From NCBI GenBank assembly GCA_965218425.1, contig OZ244621.1, forward strand, positions 992,001 to 1,056,000: 64,000 bases of DNA, written 5' to 3'. This DNA is from an uncultured Candidatus Binatia bacterium. Its GTDB lineage: Bacteria; Desulfobacterota; Binatia; UBA9968; CAXXLF01. Positions 39,453 to 49,664 of this stretch are shown here, one piece after another. Numbering within the stretch: position 1 is the stretch's first letter; the number at the start of each line of letters is the position of its first letter. The notes beneath the pieces are model-generated. The model was not told where the DNA came from. It was given only the letters and a program-made list of their open reading frames with translations, and made no database searches. The position numbers and the translations under genes are program-made.

Positions 39453-39894
39453 CTCTGCCGAACCGAAGACTCTCTCCACGAGGAGCCCTGAAGCTTCAGA
39501 GATTCATACGAGAGCAGGCTCGGTGGGTTACCCACTGCTCCGTCCATTTTTCGCTCAGTAAGCCCCTTAGCTCAGGACCGATGCAACGGGAGCTGGGTGC
39601 CTGAGCGGAGGATTGGTTCAGAGGCCTTGGAAGACCATGCGAAGCTGAGAAAAGGCGGCATCGACTGTTAGAGCGCAGCGAGTTTCGATCTGCCCGAAGC
39701 GAGCAGCTAAGGCATCCCGCCCAGGGGCCGCTGAAGCGAAGGGATGGCAGCTCCGGTAAACTCACTCTCCACTCGCTGTCAGCAACACACTTTTCACCAT
39801 GCCACAAATGTCGGGATAGAGCCCCGATTATCTTGACATTCACACCTCATCCATGATGAACTCAATCAGTTTCCTGATGGAAAGGAACGATGCT

Positions 39895-40986
39895 ATGGGA
39901 ACAATCATTGACGCGGATACTCATGTTTCGGAATCGGAAGCCATGTGGTCGCTCCTGGAAAAGGAGGCCTACCCTCGACGTCCACTTCTCATGCGTGTTC
40001 CCAACGACACCCAATACAAAGACCGAGACGCGTTCTGGCTCATCGATGGCCAGATAGTTCCGAAACCGGCGGGCCAAGCCGGGAGTGTGCTCATTACTCC
40101 GGCGGCGGCCTCCAATCAATCTAACAGAACTGACATCACCGTCGGATCCAGAGAGCTGACGGACCCGCAAGGACGCATTAAGGACATGGATCGCCTCAAC
40201 GTGGATGTTCAGGTGACATACCCAACGTTGTTTCTCGTTTATCTGACAGATGACATTGCTTTGGAGATCGCTCTTTGCAGGGCCTACAACAGGTGGATGA
40301 GCGAGGCCTGTGCCAACGGTGGCGGTCGCCTTCGATGGGTGGCGATCCCGCCGCTACGAAGTGTGGAGGAATCCTTAAACGAGATCAGGTGGGCCAAGGA
40401 TCACGGCGCGGTGGGGCTTTTCTTTCGTGGATTGGAAAAGGACCGCAATCTGGATGACCCGTACTTTTTCCCCATTTACAAGGCGGCCATGGAGCTGGAT
40501 TTACCTATCTGCATCCATACGGGATCCGGCTCCCCCGTGTTGTCGAATCTGTTCAACCTTGAACGCCACTCAGCGTTTGCCTCTGGACGCATTCCTCCGA
40601 TCATCGCCTTCAGAAATCTCGTGGCGAACAAAATTCCTGAGCTGTTTCCGACCCTCAAGTTTGGCTTCATCGAGGCCTCCGCCGGTTGGGTTCCCTATCT
40701 GCTGCACGCGCTGCGCCGCCAGTTGCAACCGCGATGGGCTGAGCTATCAAACGGCGACTTCCTTAAACGATACAGATTCTATATAGCCTGCGAAGCCGAC
40801 GAGGACATTGGCTATCTCGCCAGGTACATCGGTGAGGACAATCTGATCATTGGCTCCGACTATGGCCACAGGGACCCTTCGGAGGAAAAAGAGCTGGTCA
40901 AAACCATGAAATCCCGTGAAGACATTCCTGCTTTTCTTACGGACAAAATTCTTTTCGATAATCCAAGAAGCTTTTACGGGTTATAG
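39895..40986 (+). CDS. Amidohydrolase_2 family protein
   Basis: IDADTH, ICIHTG, IEASAGW and GSDYGH motifs. Confidence 0.92.
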   Translation: MGTIIDADTHVSESEAMWSLLEKEAYPRRPLLMRVPNDTQYKDRDAFWLIDGQIVPKPAGQAGSVLITPAAASNQSNRTDITVGSRELTDPQGRIKDMDRLNVDVQVTYPTLFLVYLTDDIALEIALCRAYNRWMSEACANGGGRLRWVAIPPLRSVEESLNEIRWAKDHGAVGLFFRGLEKDRNLDDPYFFPIYKAAMELDLPICIHTGSGSPVLSNLFNLERHSAFASGRIPPIIAFRNLVANKIPELFPTLKFGFIEASAGWVPYLLHALRRQLQPRWAELSNGDFLKRYRFYIACEADEDIGYLARYIGEDNLIIGSDYGHRDPSEEKELVKTMKSREDIPAFLTDKILFDNPRSFYGL

Positions 40987-41076
40987 CGCAGTAAGCCTTT
41001 TATCCATTTCCTTCCCAGAACCGGCCCTTTAATTGATCCGTTCACAGACTTGGAGCTCAAGGGGCCATAACTCCCT

Positions 41077-41106
41077 TTGACTTCCAGGAACAGGGGGACA
41101 TAGAAT
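41077..41106 (+). promoter_or_regulatory. Candidate sigma70 promoter of the efflux operon
   Basis: TTGACT-18 nt-TAGAAT; GGAG RBS before ATG 41139. Confidence 0.5.
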
Positions 41107-41138
41107 GCTGTCAAAGCTACGAGCCCCTGGAGAATACC

Positions 41139-42767
41139 ATGGCCCTGGGCGGACAAAGACTCATCTCACCGGATAATCCTTCCTACAAGTGGTGGCTTAC
41201 GACGGCCCTTGTGGTGGGATCCATGACAGTGGGGTTTGCCGAGCGGATGGTGGAGATCGCGATTCCCCAGATCATGGTCGCGCTTAAGGTCAACCTGGAC
41301 CAGGCTCAGTGGATCCGGACGGGGCCTGCCATCGTAAGGACCATCTTGGGACCAACGGTGGGCTGGTTCTCGGGCATCTTTGGGGTACGCCAGATATACG
41401 TTGCCACCATTGTTCTCTTCATCATAGGCTCTGGTTTTGCCGGAGCGGCCTGGAGCTTTGGCGCCCTTATTTTTTTTCTGGCTTTGAAAAACGCCGGGGG
41501 CGGCCTCAGGCAACCCCTTTCAATGTCGATTCTCTATCGAAGCTTTCCTTCCCACCAACGGGGACTTGCCATGGGGTTTTATCAGGCGAGTCATATGATG
41601 GGTCCACTGCTGGCCCCTCTCTTGGGTGGCTGGCTGGTGGAGAATTTTGGCTGGCGCTCGGTCTTTTACATTAACATACCAATCAATATCCTGGCCCTAC
41701 TGCTCATTATGGTGGTCATGCCCAAAGACTTAGACACACAGGAAAAGAAACGCCCCCCCAGTGTGGATTTCCTAGGGTTGGCCAGTATGGGGGTATGCGT
41801 GGGCACTCTCGTCTGGGCGGTCAATAATGGACAGACGATAGGCTGGGACTCACCTTATATTTTAGGCCTTCTTTCGGTTTCCGCCATGTCCGGTTCCCTA
41901 TTCATTATTACAGAGCTCAATTCGGAATATCCCATCGTTGACCTTAGGGTCTTTAAGAACCTCTCCTTCTCCCTGTCATTTCTGGTCAGGCTTTTTAATA
42001 CCGGTATTTTCTTCAGTACTAATTTCCTCTTTGGCATATTTATCCAAAGAGAGCTCAAGTTTTCTCCGCTTCAGGCCGGCCAACGTTTAGCCCCCATGGC
42101 ACTGGCTGCGGGAGTCGGAGGTATCTTTTGGGGCTATCTCTCTGATAAGATCAAGATCCCTTTCGTCATCTCAACTTCACTCCTTGCCTCCTCCATAACC
42201 ATGCACCTCTATTCAAAAATGGAGTTGGAAACTTCCCTTACCTATATTATCCTCGTGACTATTTTCCAGGCCCTGTTTCGCTCGGGTTCTCAGGCCACAA
42301 TGATATCGCTCTCTTTGAGCACGCTTCCTAGGGATAAGGTAACCCTCGGGGCGGGATTGGACTCCCTGGCACGCAATCTGGGAAATACCGTTGGTGTCCC
42401 GTTGATCACCGCCTTTGTGACCAACCGGGAGAGGGCACGCCTGACAGGGCAAATGAGGGGGTATTCACTGGACCGGGGAAACCAACAAGCCCTGGACGCT
42501 TTGCAGAGGGGGCTCGAAAAAACTGGCGATCCCCCCGCCAGGGCAAGGCTAAGATCGCTCAATATAGTTAGAGGTCTAATAACCAAAAGGGCTGCCATTG
42601 AATCCTATCACGACGGCTTTCGTTTGGCGGCCATCACCGGGGTTTTCCTTATCCCCTTGGTGCTCTCCATCCGGTCCCTCCATGATGGGAGGAGAGCGCC
42701 AAGGGGTGGCGGCGATGCCGAGGGTGGTGGACCTCCAAGAGAGGGAACTAGTAATATCGACCAATAG
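41139..42767 (+). CDS. DHA2 (EmrB/QacA) MFS efflux permease
   Basis: Multi-TM protein with GPLLAPLLGGWL, WRSVFYINIP and PIVDLRVFKN. Confidence 0.9.
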   Translation: MALGGQRLISPDNPSYKWWLTTALVVGSMTVGFAERMVEIAIPQIMVALKVNLDQAQWIRTGPAIVRTILGPTVGWFSGIFGVRQIYVATIVLFIIGSGFAGAAWSFGALIFFLALKNAGGGLRQPLSMSILYRSFPSHQRGLAMGFYQASHMMGPLLAPLLGGWLVENFGWRSVFYINIPINILALLLIMVVMPKDLDTQEKKRPPSVDFLGLASMGVCVGTLVWAVNNGQTIGWDSPYILGLLSVSAMSGSLFIITELNSEYPIVDLRVFKNLSFSLSFLVRLFNTGIFFSTNFLFGIFIQRELKFSPLQAGQRLAPMALAAGVGGIFWGYLSDKIKIPFVISTSLLASSITMHLYSKMELETSLTYIILVTIFQALFRSGSQATMISLSLSTLPRDKVTLGAGLDSLARNLGNTVGVPLITAFVTNRERARLTGQMRGYSLDRGNQQALDALQRGLEKTGDPPARARLRSLNIVRGLITKRAAIESYHDGFRLAAITGVFLIPLVLSIRSLHDGRRAPRGGGDAEGGGPPREGTSNIDQ

Positions 42768-42827
42768 TGATATAAAAGAAACGAACTCAGAGGTTTCAAC
42801 CGAGCCCGGGATGCAGGAACGAAGCTG

Positions 42828-44168
42828 ATGAAAAAACGAACCATATTCCTCTCCACCCTCGCCGGCATAGGCCTAGTCGTCGCCGGCGTCTATGGAGTCA
42901 GGTGGTGGATCACGGCCATGAATACGGTGTACACCGATGATGCCCGCGTGACCGCCTCCTACGCCACTATCAGCGCCGAGGTCTCTGGACGGATTGTGAA
43001 GTTGCTCGTGGATGAGGGAGATGTGGTGAAAAAAGGCACGCTCCTTGTTCAGATCGATCTGGATGATTACAAAGCCGCTCTGGAGGATTCCCTTGCCGAA
43101 CTAAATCAGGCCTCGGCGAAACTCACGGAGGAACGCATCCACCACAAGGCCATGGAGGCAACGGTCAGCAGTGAGGTCAGCCGCGCTGAGGCCTCCGTGG
43201 AAGCGGCGAAGGGAATCTTAAGAGAAAAGAAACGCATGGTGGAGTTGGCGAAGCTCGTCACCAAAACCCAGCGTGATCAGGTGGCGGCCGCATTGAAAGT
43301 GGCCGAGTCAAACCTTGCGGCGGGGGAAGTGGAACTCAAAAACGCAGCTGTGGAGTTGGAGCGGGCTAAGAAGCTTTTCAAGAGCCAATTTATCTCTGCG
43401 AAGGACCTCGACACCGCTAAGACCGCCTACGATCATGCTCTGGCAACCGTCGAAATGCGCAAGAATGAGGTGCAGTGGGCCAAGGCTGATAAAGGGTTGG
43501 CAGAGGTTTCGAAATTAAACAATTTCCGCGATGACGCAATGCTAGCCCAGGCGAAGACACTGACCGCCAGATCCGATCTGAAAAAGGCGCAGGCTGATTT
43601 TCGCCTGGCCAGGGCAAAGTTGGCCGACCTAGAGGCCTTCAAGGCGCGGATAAAATCTCAAGAATCGAAAATCGGCCAGCTCAAGCTCAAGGTGGCAACC
43701 AGACGGCGCCAGCTGGAAGACACAGCGGTAAGAAGCCCCGTGAACGGGGTGGTCGTTCGAACAACGGCCGATATTGGAGACATCATAGAGCCAGGCCAAT
43801 CGCTTCTCAAAGTCGTTATCGAAGGCACCTTAGAGGTTCGAGCGAATATCCGCGAAACCTATCTCAGATACATTCAGCGCGGCAATCCGGTTGAGGTCTA
43901 CGTTGACGCTTACCCGCATCGGTCGTTTAATGGCAAGGTCCAGATTATCGGTGACGCCGCAGATTCAGAGTTTGCTCTGTTCAAACCGACGGGGCCCTTC
44001 ACAAAGCTAGAGCAGGTGATCCCCGTGGAGATCTCCCTCGACGGCCATTCCAACAATAGGGATCTGAAACCGGGGATGAACGTCGTCGTCTACATCACGC
44101 GAACCGGTTCAAACTATGGTGGATCCTCCATGAAGGCCCTGGCCAAGCAGAGATCGCCTGATCGTTAG
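42828..44168 (+). CDS. HlyD/EmrA membrane fusion protein
   Basis: VYTDDA, ISAEVSGRI...VDEGDVVKKG, a long coiled coil, VRSPVNG and LKPGMNV. Confidence 0.92.
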   Translation: MKKRTIFLSTLAGIGLVVAGVYGVRWWITAMNTVYTDDARVTASYATISAEVSGRIVKLLVDEGDVVKKGTLLVQIDLDDYKAALEDSLAELNQASAKLTEERIHHKAMEATVSSEVSRAEASVEAAKGILREKKRMVELAKLVTKTQRDQVAAALKVAESNLAAGEVELKNAAVELERAKKLFKSQFISAKDLDTAKTAYDHALATVEMRKNEVQWAKADKGLAEVSKLNNFRDDAMLAQAKTLTARSDLKKAQADFRLARAKLADLEAFKARIKSQESKIGQLKLKVATRRRQLEDTAVRSPVNGVVVRTTADIGDIIEPGQSLLKVVIEGTLEVRANIRETYLRYIQRGNPVEVYVDAYPHRSFNGKVQIIGDAADSEFALFKPTGPFTKLEQVIPVEISLDGHSNNRDLKPGMNVVVYITRTGSNYGGSSMKALAKQRSPDR

Positions 44169-44729
44169 AGCAACATTCGCCCATACGCTGTCGGCAAGCC
44201 GAGCATCAACGCAACCCCTTAAGCTCTCCACTCAACGTTAAAAGTATTGCAGCCACACAATTCAACCGCGCCAGCCCCGCGCCGGTTAGGCGCCCCTCGT
44301 ACCGACACTTCCGTTGAAATCCGCATCCGTCTAATTAGACGTTAGATAAAACGGAAACCAAAAAATGATAGCTTCAAGATGAATTTCGCTGCTAATTTTA
44401 ATACTGGTCTTGACGGTTTTCCCTCGCCTTGTCCAAAGTCAGATAGCGGGCACAGAGCTGGATCGATTGGAAGAGGCCGGGCAATCCATTGACAAGATAA
44501 AAGTATCACTGACGGGAAAATTCGTCGCGACACCCGCTAGAGGAGTAGAGGCTAAACCGCCAAGCGCATGGGGCATGGCGCAAAGAGTGAGAACAAGGGA
44601 GACGTCCGACGCTTTGCGCTCTGCTCTTTGCCCACTCGACTTGATACTCAACGCTTCTTTCCCCTGCACCCACTCAGTCCTCAGCACTCGCAACTCAATA
44701 CCGAGCGCTTCGGCGACCTACGTTGGATC

Positions 44730-45101
44730 TCACTGTTCCGCCGGGGTCAGAAGCTGCAGCCGGTGGCCGTCCGGGTCGGAGAAATAAATGCAGTGAGGGT
44801 CGCCTCGGCGGCCTGTCACCTTGATCCCCTCTTTTTCCAAAAGCGCCTTGACTCTCTCGTATTCCCCGGACTGAAGACGCAGCGCCATATGGTTCACCTC
44901 ATCACCCCCGTTGATGGTTTTCGCGCCATCCACCTCAAAGAGGCCCACCTGCTGATTTCCGCAGTTCACAAAGAGTTGCCAGGAATTTTCGTGCCGAACC
45001 TCCATCCCCAAAAAATCCACGTAGAACTCTTTGGCGCGAGATAAATCCTTTACGTGGAGCACGACATGGTCGATGCCGGTAACTTTGAGAGGCGAGTTCA
45101 T
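44730..45101 (-). CDS. VOC/glyoxalase family protein
   Basis: IDHVVLHVKDL, NHMAL and YFSDPDGHRLQL motifs. Confidence 0.9.
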   Translation of the reverse strand: MNSPLKVTGIDHVVLHVKDLSRAKEFYVDFLGMEVRHENSWQLFVNCGNQQVGLFEVDGAKTINGGDEVNHMALRLQSGEYERVKALLEKEGIKVTGRRGDPHCIYFSDPDGHRLQLLTPAEQ

Positions 45102-45192
45102 GGTTACACCTCCTGTGATTGGATTCTTACCTATTGATTCTACAACGGAACGACTTTAACAACATGCGTCACGCCACGGCAACCCCGAATTA

Positions 45193-45365
45193 AAATCCGA
45201 AATCCTAATTTCGAAATTCGAAACCATGCCGAAATTCAATTTGCCAAAATCCTAAACTATTCAACCCTTCCGTTTTGGACGTTTGCCAATTTGCCGTTCG
45301 ATAGTGTTTGGAATTTTAGGCTGTTTGACCATTGGGATTTGTTTCGTATTTCGGATTTCGAGTTT
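45193..45365. repeat. AT-rich heptamer-based palindromic element, copy B (inverted relative to copy A)
   Basis: Its reverse complement aligns across 24972-25152, including AAGGGTTGAA.AGTTTAGGATTTTGG.AA.TTGAATTTCGGCAT. Confidence 0.8.
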
Positions 45366-45508
45366 ATCATTGTTTTACTTGGCACCCTTTGCGTTTTGGC
45401 CCCTCGATTTCCCTCGGGGTCCTGAGGTTCTCAAAGGACGCGGGTTATTTTCTTACCGATCCCAATACTCAACGCAAGGAAGAAATTCAGACCTCGTTGC
45501 TCGCGGTT

Positions 45509-46594
45509 TCACTGCAATCTGAAAAACTTCTTTGCGTTGTCCCCCATGACGGCTTTCTTATCTTCCAAGGTCAGATCCGGGCGCTCCAGGGCTCCCTGAA
45601 TCATATTCTTCGCCGCCACAAGATCCACTTCATGGGGATAATCCGTGGCAAAGGCGAAGGCGTCAATACCCGCCTTGTGCTTCACATAGGACAAGACTTC
45701 GTCATTACCCTCGCAACCCACCAAGACCTGGCCGCAGGATAGGTACTCCTCGATGGAGCGCCTCTTGCCGTGACGGGTGGTATAAACACTCTCGTCGCGG
45801 TCTTGCCTGTCCAGCAGCAGTACCGTCCACGCACACCCCCCTTCGAAGAAACCCACGCGTAGATCTCGATAACGGTCCAGGACACCATGATGGACCATAG
45901 AGATCATCTCCAGAGCCAGTGGAACCGGATGACGCAAGGCGCGAGCAGCCGTTGGATCCGTAAAGGTGTCCGCTCCCAGACCCACGCTAGACCCACCATG
46001 GACGCCCAGAGCACAGCCGAGATTGGCCGCTTCCTCGTACACCGGCCAGTAGTAATCATGACCGAGGTGCAGGGGCAATCCCCGCGACGGCAGCATCACC
46101 GCCGTTATTCCAAGTTGCAGTACGGCACGGCGAAGCTCCGCCACGGCAGATTTCACATCCTGCATTGCAACCAGCCCCACGGGGTGAAGGCGCTTGTCCA
46201 CTTTCCGGTATCGCTCGGCCACATAGTCGTTGTAGGCCCGGCAGACCAGCGCCGCGTAGTCAGCCTGTTGAAAAAATCCGACGGATAGACCTTCCGAGGG
46301 AAACATGACCGTTTGCTCCACGCCAGACTTATCGAGAAAAGCCACCCAGTCCTCAGCCGAGCCCATCCGGTGATCGCTGGCATTGACCCTGTCCCTGCTG
46401 GGTTTTCGCTCCTCCGCACTTAGACCGAGATTGCGGGGATAGTGGATGCTGTCCAGTTGGGCAAAGACTCCCTGGCGGTTCCTGGAGGGAGTCAACGCAA
46501 TATGGCGGATTCTGGGATCCATGTATTCAACCATTTCAGGAATGGACTCAATGATATGGCCGTCGCAATCTACGACTGTAACCTTGCCACCCAT
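45509..46594 (-). CDS. Amidohydrolase_2 family protein
   Basis: VDCDGH, LGVHGG, FEGGCAW and ATDYPH motifs. Confidence 0.92.
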   Translation of the reverse strand: MGGKVTVVDCDGHIIESIPEMVEYMDPRIRHIALTPSRNRQGVFAQLDSIHYPRNLGLSAEERKPSRDRVNASDHRMGSAEDWVAFLDKSGVEQTVMFPSEGLSVGFFQQADYAALVCRAYNDYVAERYRKVDKRLHPVGLVAMQDVKSAVAELRRAVLQLGITAVMLPSRGLPLHLGHDYYWPVYEEAANLGCALGVHGGSSVGLGADTFTDPTAARALRHPVPLALEMISMVHHGVLDRYRDLRVGFFEGGCAWTVLLLDRQDRDESVYTTRHGKRRSIEEYLSCGQVLVGCEGNDEVLSYVKHKAGIDAFAFATDYPHEVDLVAAKNMIQGALERPDLTLEDKKAVMGDNAKKFFRLQ

Positions 46595-46730
46595 GGGGGC
46601 CTCCTCGCTGATTTTTTAACCACGGTATTCTATCCAGGTATGGCAATAAAAGGAAGTCCCCGGGCGAAGCCGATCGAGGGCTGCCACCTTGCCAGAATGA
46701 GGACCGATGCGAATCCTCAAGCATGAGCCA

Positions 46731-47447
46731 TTAAGGCTCTTTAAAGTGAAGCGGCAGCTTCGCCCCGTCGTGGTCCGGTCCCAAGATTCGCCGCAAACGA
46801 AGGCGACGCACCGCAACCCGTGCCTGGCTCCGATCCCGCTCCACACCAATCCAGGGGCGGCCCATCCGGGCAGCAACCGCACCAACGGCCCCGCTGCCAA
46901 AGAACGGATCCAGTACAATTCCCGGCGGGGACAGATTGAGCAGTTTACGAACAACTCCTGGCGGCATTGCGTCCCAGAGACTCCCCGGCGGCGACCACGG
47001 TATGGGCAGATGCCAGCAAAGCGCGGACTTTGGAGGTAGGCTTCGCACCCCGGCCTTGCAAAAGCGCAAGAGATAATTGATCCGGTCATCCCAACGCAAT
47101 GTGGATGGCTCCTCTGTCCAAAATGCCTTGGCCTGCAGCGACCATCCAGCCTTGCGGAGAGAGTCTGCTAGGATCCCATCCATTCCGATCCACTCCCGAC
47201 CGTCGTGACGGTCCCCCATGATGATCCAAAGTTCTCCACGAGGTGCGAGAACCCGCCGCCACTCCCGTCCATGTTCCGTGGCGATCTGCCGTGCATACCG
47301 AACGGCTGATTCCCTACCTTGCCCCCGTACCCAGTAAGGCGGACTGGTGAGGATTACCGCCACTGATCGGTCAGGAATGATCGGCACCTTCCGGCTATCC
47401 CCCACTAAGAGTATCCCTTTACCGTTTGTGCTCTGGTATCGAACCAA
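46731..47447 (-). CDS. Orphan beta-class N4-cytosine/N6-adenine DNA methyltransferase
   Basis: Motif IV TSPPY precedes motif I VLDPFFGSG, followed by WIGVE. Confidence 0.8.
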   Translation of the reverse strand: MVRYQSTNGKGILLVGDSRKVPIIPDRSVAVILTSPPYWVRGQGRESAVRYARQIATEHGREWRRVLAPRGELWIIMGDRHDGREWIGMDGILADSLRKAGWSLQAKAFWTEEPSTLRWDDRINYLLRFCKAGVRSLPPKSALCWHLPIPWSPPGSLWDAMPPGVVRKLLNLSPPGIVLDPFFGSGAVGAVAARMGRPWIGVERDRSQARVAVRRLRLRRILGPDHDGAKLPLHFKEP

Positions 47448-47484
47448 TGCTTGACTCCCTTAATTTATGCATTTCACGGCAAGA

Positions 47485-48618
47485 CTATTTGCGAAATCGG
47501 TCCAGTCTAAACAGACTAAGGTCCCGCTCGGTACCCCCACTAAGGACAAAATCGGATAGCAGCTCGCCCACGACACTGGAGAACTTGAACCCATGACCAG
47601 AAAATCCGGCTGCAACCAAGACTCGCGGGGAATCCGGATGGAAGTCTACAATAAAGTGTCCATCCGGAGAATTGGTAAAGATACATGTTTTGAGAGTCAA
47701 GGTAGGACCGTCGGCTTCGGGAAAGTAGCGGCGGATCACTTCACGCAAAATCTTTTCATCTTCCGGATGACATTCACGATCCATGCGATCCGGGTCCACC
47801 TGCTGATGGAGGTGATGGTACCTACCGATCTTGAAGCCGGGGACCTCGAATATGGGAGTACCGTATAAGAGACCTTCGGGAACCTCCAGGACAAATACGG
47901 GAAACGTCCCGGGACAAAATAGCTCTGGTTGCAAAGGCTGGCTCCACATCAATACCTGACGTTCCGGGATCGCGAGGGGGGCAAGTAATGGAACTACGGA
48001 AGACGCCCACGGCCCGGCAGCAATAACGAGCTTATCCGCCCGGTAACTATCATGGTCAGTGCGAACCCGGACGTCATTGGCGCCCGCCTCCCACCGCAAC
48101 ACACGCTCCTGATAGTGCACCTCCGCCCCGAGGTCTTGGGCGGCCTTGACGTGGGCCCCGACACAACGCTCGGAAAGAAGGAATCCCGCATCCGGCTGAT
48201 AAACAGCAATTAATTCCTTAGGGAAACCACAGCCCGGGAATTTCTGTTTCAATGCCACCATGTCCAGGACTTCGTGGGGAAGGTTGTGTGTGCGGCAAGA
48301 ACGCAAAGATCCTTCCACGATTGCACTGTTGGGCGGTCCTGCATCGATACCACCGGTTACATATAACAACTGCTCACCCGCCCGCTGCTCCATCTCGCGC
48401 CATAATTCATAGGCGCGGTAGAGAAGCGGCACGTAGGCTGGGTCCTCCGCATAGGCCAGGCGGATAATGCGGTTGACGCCATGGGAAGAACCCAACTCGT
48501 GGTTGGGATGAAATTGCTCGAGGCCTAGGGCCCTCACACCACGTTGGGCCAGGTGATAGAGGGCCGCGCTTCCCATACCGCCCGCGCCGATGACGATGGC
48601 GTCATAATTATTGGACAA
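47485..48618 (-). CDS. solA: N-methyl-L-tryptophan oxidase / monomeric sarcosine oxidase
   Basis: GAGGMGS, GSSHG..RIIR, CIFTNSPD and GFSGHGFKF motifs. Confidence 0.88.
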   Translation of the reverse strand: MSNNYDAIVIGAGGMGSAALYHLAQRGVRALGLEQFHPNHELGSSHGVNRIIRLAYAEDPAYVPLLYRAYELWREMEQRAGEQLLYVTGGIDAGPPNSAIVEGSLRSCRTHNLPHEVLDMVALKQKFPGCGFPKELIAVYQPDAGFLLSERCVGAHVKAAQDLGAEVHYQERVLRWEAGANDVRVRTDHDSYRADKLVIAAGPWASSVVPLLAPLAIPERQVLMWSQPLQPELFCPGTFPVFVLEVPEGLLYGTPIFEVPGFKIGRYHHLHQQVDPDRMDRECHPEDEKILREVIRRYFPEADGPTLTLKTCIFTNSPDGHFIVDFHPDSPRVLVAAGFSGHGFKFSSVVGELLSDFVLSGGTERDLSLFRLDRFRK

Positions 48619-48783
48619 TGGATTTCCTCAATACCTGGACTAGGCGGGTGAGGGATCATTCGACCTTGTAACTTTTTTCGATTTCACCTTTCCGTCCAGA
48701 TAGATCATTGCGCACGCACACGAACACACCATCGGATGATATGTTCTGCCGCCCGCAGAGTAGGAATGGAGAGTTAGGTCCGC

Positions 48784-49206
48784 TTAGCGAACGGCTACCG
48801 GTTTGGCAGCGGCAACTGACGCGGTCTTTAAGGGTTCCGTGCGCCAACCGGCCTCTGACAGGTCAACCCGTACACCAGCGGGATCCCTGACGAAGGCCTC
48901 TGCAAAGCGTCCATCCCGCGGCGTGCCTTTGGGTCCTTGCACGGCCCCCATTTTAAGCGCCAGCTCCGCCGTCTCTTCGTTACTGTGCACCTGGAAGCCA
49001 AAATGATCCAGGCCTTCAGCGCGTCCGTCACGGGCGGGCAAGATAGCAAGGTTGATGTGCCCATCCGAAAGATAAAATGCCTCTCGATCTTTATGACCTT
49101 CGCTAAAGTGCTGATGCACGATCTTCAGCCCAAATGTCTTGGTGTAAAAATTCACCATTTTCGCCTGGTCTTTTGCAAAAATAGCGATGTGACGTATCCT
49201 TGCCAT
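48784..49206 (-). CDS. VOC/glyoxalase family protein
   Basis: IRHIAI, SDGHINLA, GLDHFGF and DPAGVRVDLSE motifs. Confidence 0.88.
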   Translation of the reverse strand: MARIRHIAIFAKDQAKMVNFYTKTFGLKIVHQHFSEGHKDREAFYLSDGHINLAILPARDGRAEGLDHFGFQVHSNEETAELALKMGAVQGPKGTPRDGRFAEAFVRDPAGVRVDLSEAGWRTEPLKTASVAAAKPVAVR

Positions 49207-49417
49207 GCTGGCCTCCTTTCAAGAGTGCATCCCGAATCCGACAACCGATCCACAGAGAAAATCGACTGCCGCTATGTTAGTCCAAACCAAATACCAACAT
49301 CAAGGGGAAACCGGCTTTCTACGCTTCACCCCTACTTCCCTCACAATTCAACGTTCAAATTCTCGCCCTGCCGCATTAAGGACTCAGCGTTAGTAGCTCA
49401 TGGCTGACTCGTGCCAG

Positions 49418-49562
49418 GTCCCCTTCGCTCCAAGCCAGTAGTGCGACGAGGGGAGTGAAACGTCAGGCCGCAGGCATCGAACGTGTAGCTTCAAATATTC
49501 ACTGGTCTATTGCCCGCGGCAGGGCTTTTACGGTGACCTCAGCCGAACCGAGGCCCGCTCCC
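49418..49562. repeat. Partial mosaic repeat, copy 3, carrying the empty IS110 site
   Basis: GGGGAGTGAAACGT...GGCATCGAACG...TATTGCCCGCGGC...ACGGTGACCTCAGCCGAACCG is homologous to 38866-38953 joined to 39453-39478. Confidence 0.75.
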
Positions 49563-49664
49563 TGAGCAGACCGGTGGAATCCACCTTCCTCAACGACTCG
49601 ATTGATAGCTGGAACTCTACCTCCAACAGCGATAGAATGATGCTTTCTCTGTGAACCGAGCACC

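Larger units (their letters stand above)
38645..39756. repeat. Mosaic structured repeat with terminal inverted repeats, copy 2, interrupted by an IS110 remnant
   Basis: 25-bp TIRs 38645-38669 and 39731-39755 match at 22/25. Internal modules are homologous to the 12.0-12.7, 49.4-49.56 and 54.2-54.55 kb copies. Confidence 0.8.

Noticed and set aside
38640..39761. TAAAC on both sides of repeat copy 2 as a 5-bp target-site duplication
   Set aside because: Copy 1 shows no equivalent duplication (its flanks extend the inverted repeat instead), so chance cannot be excluded.
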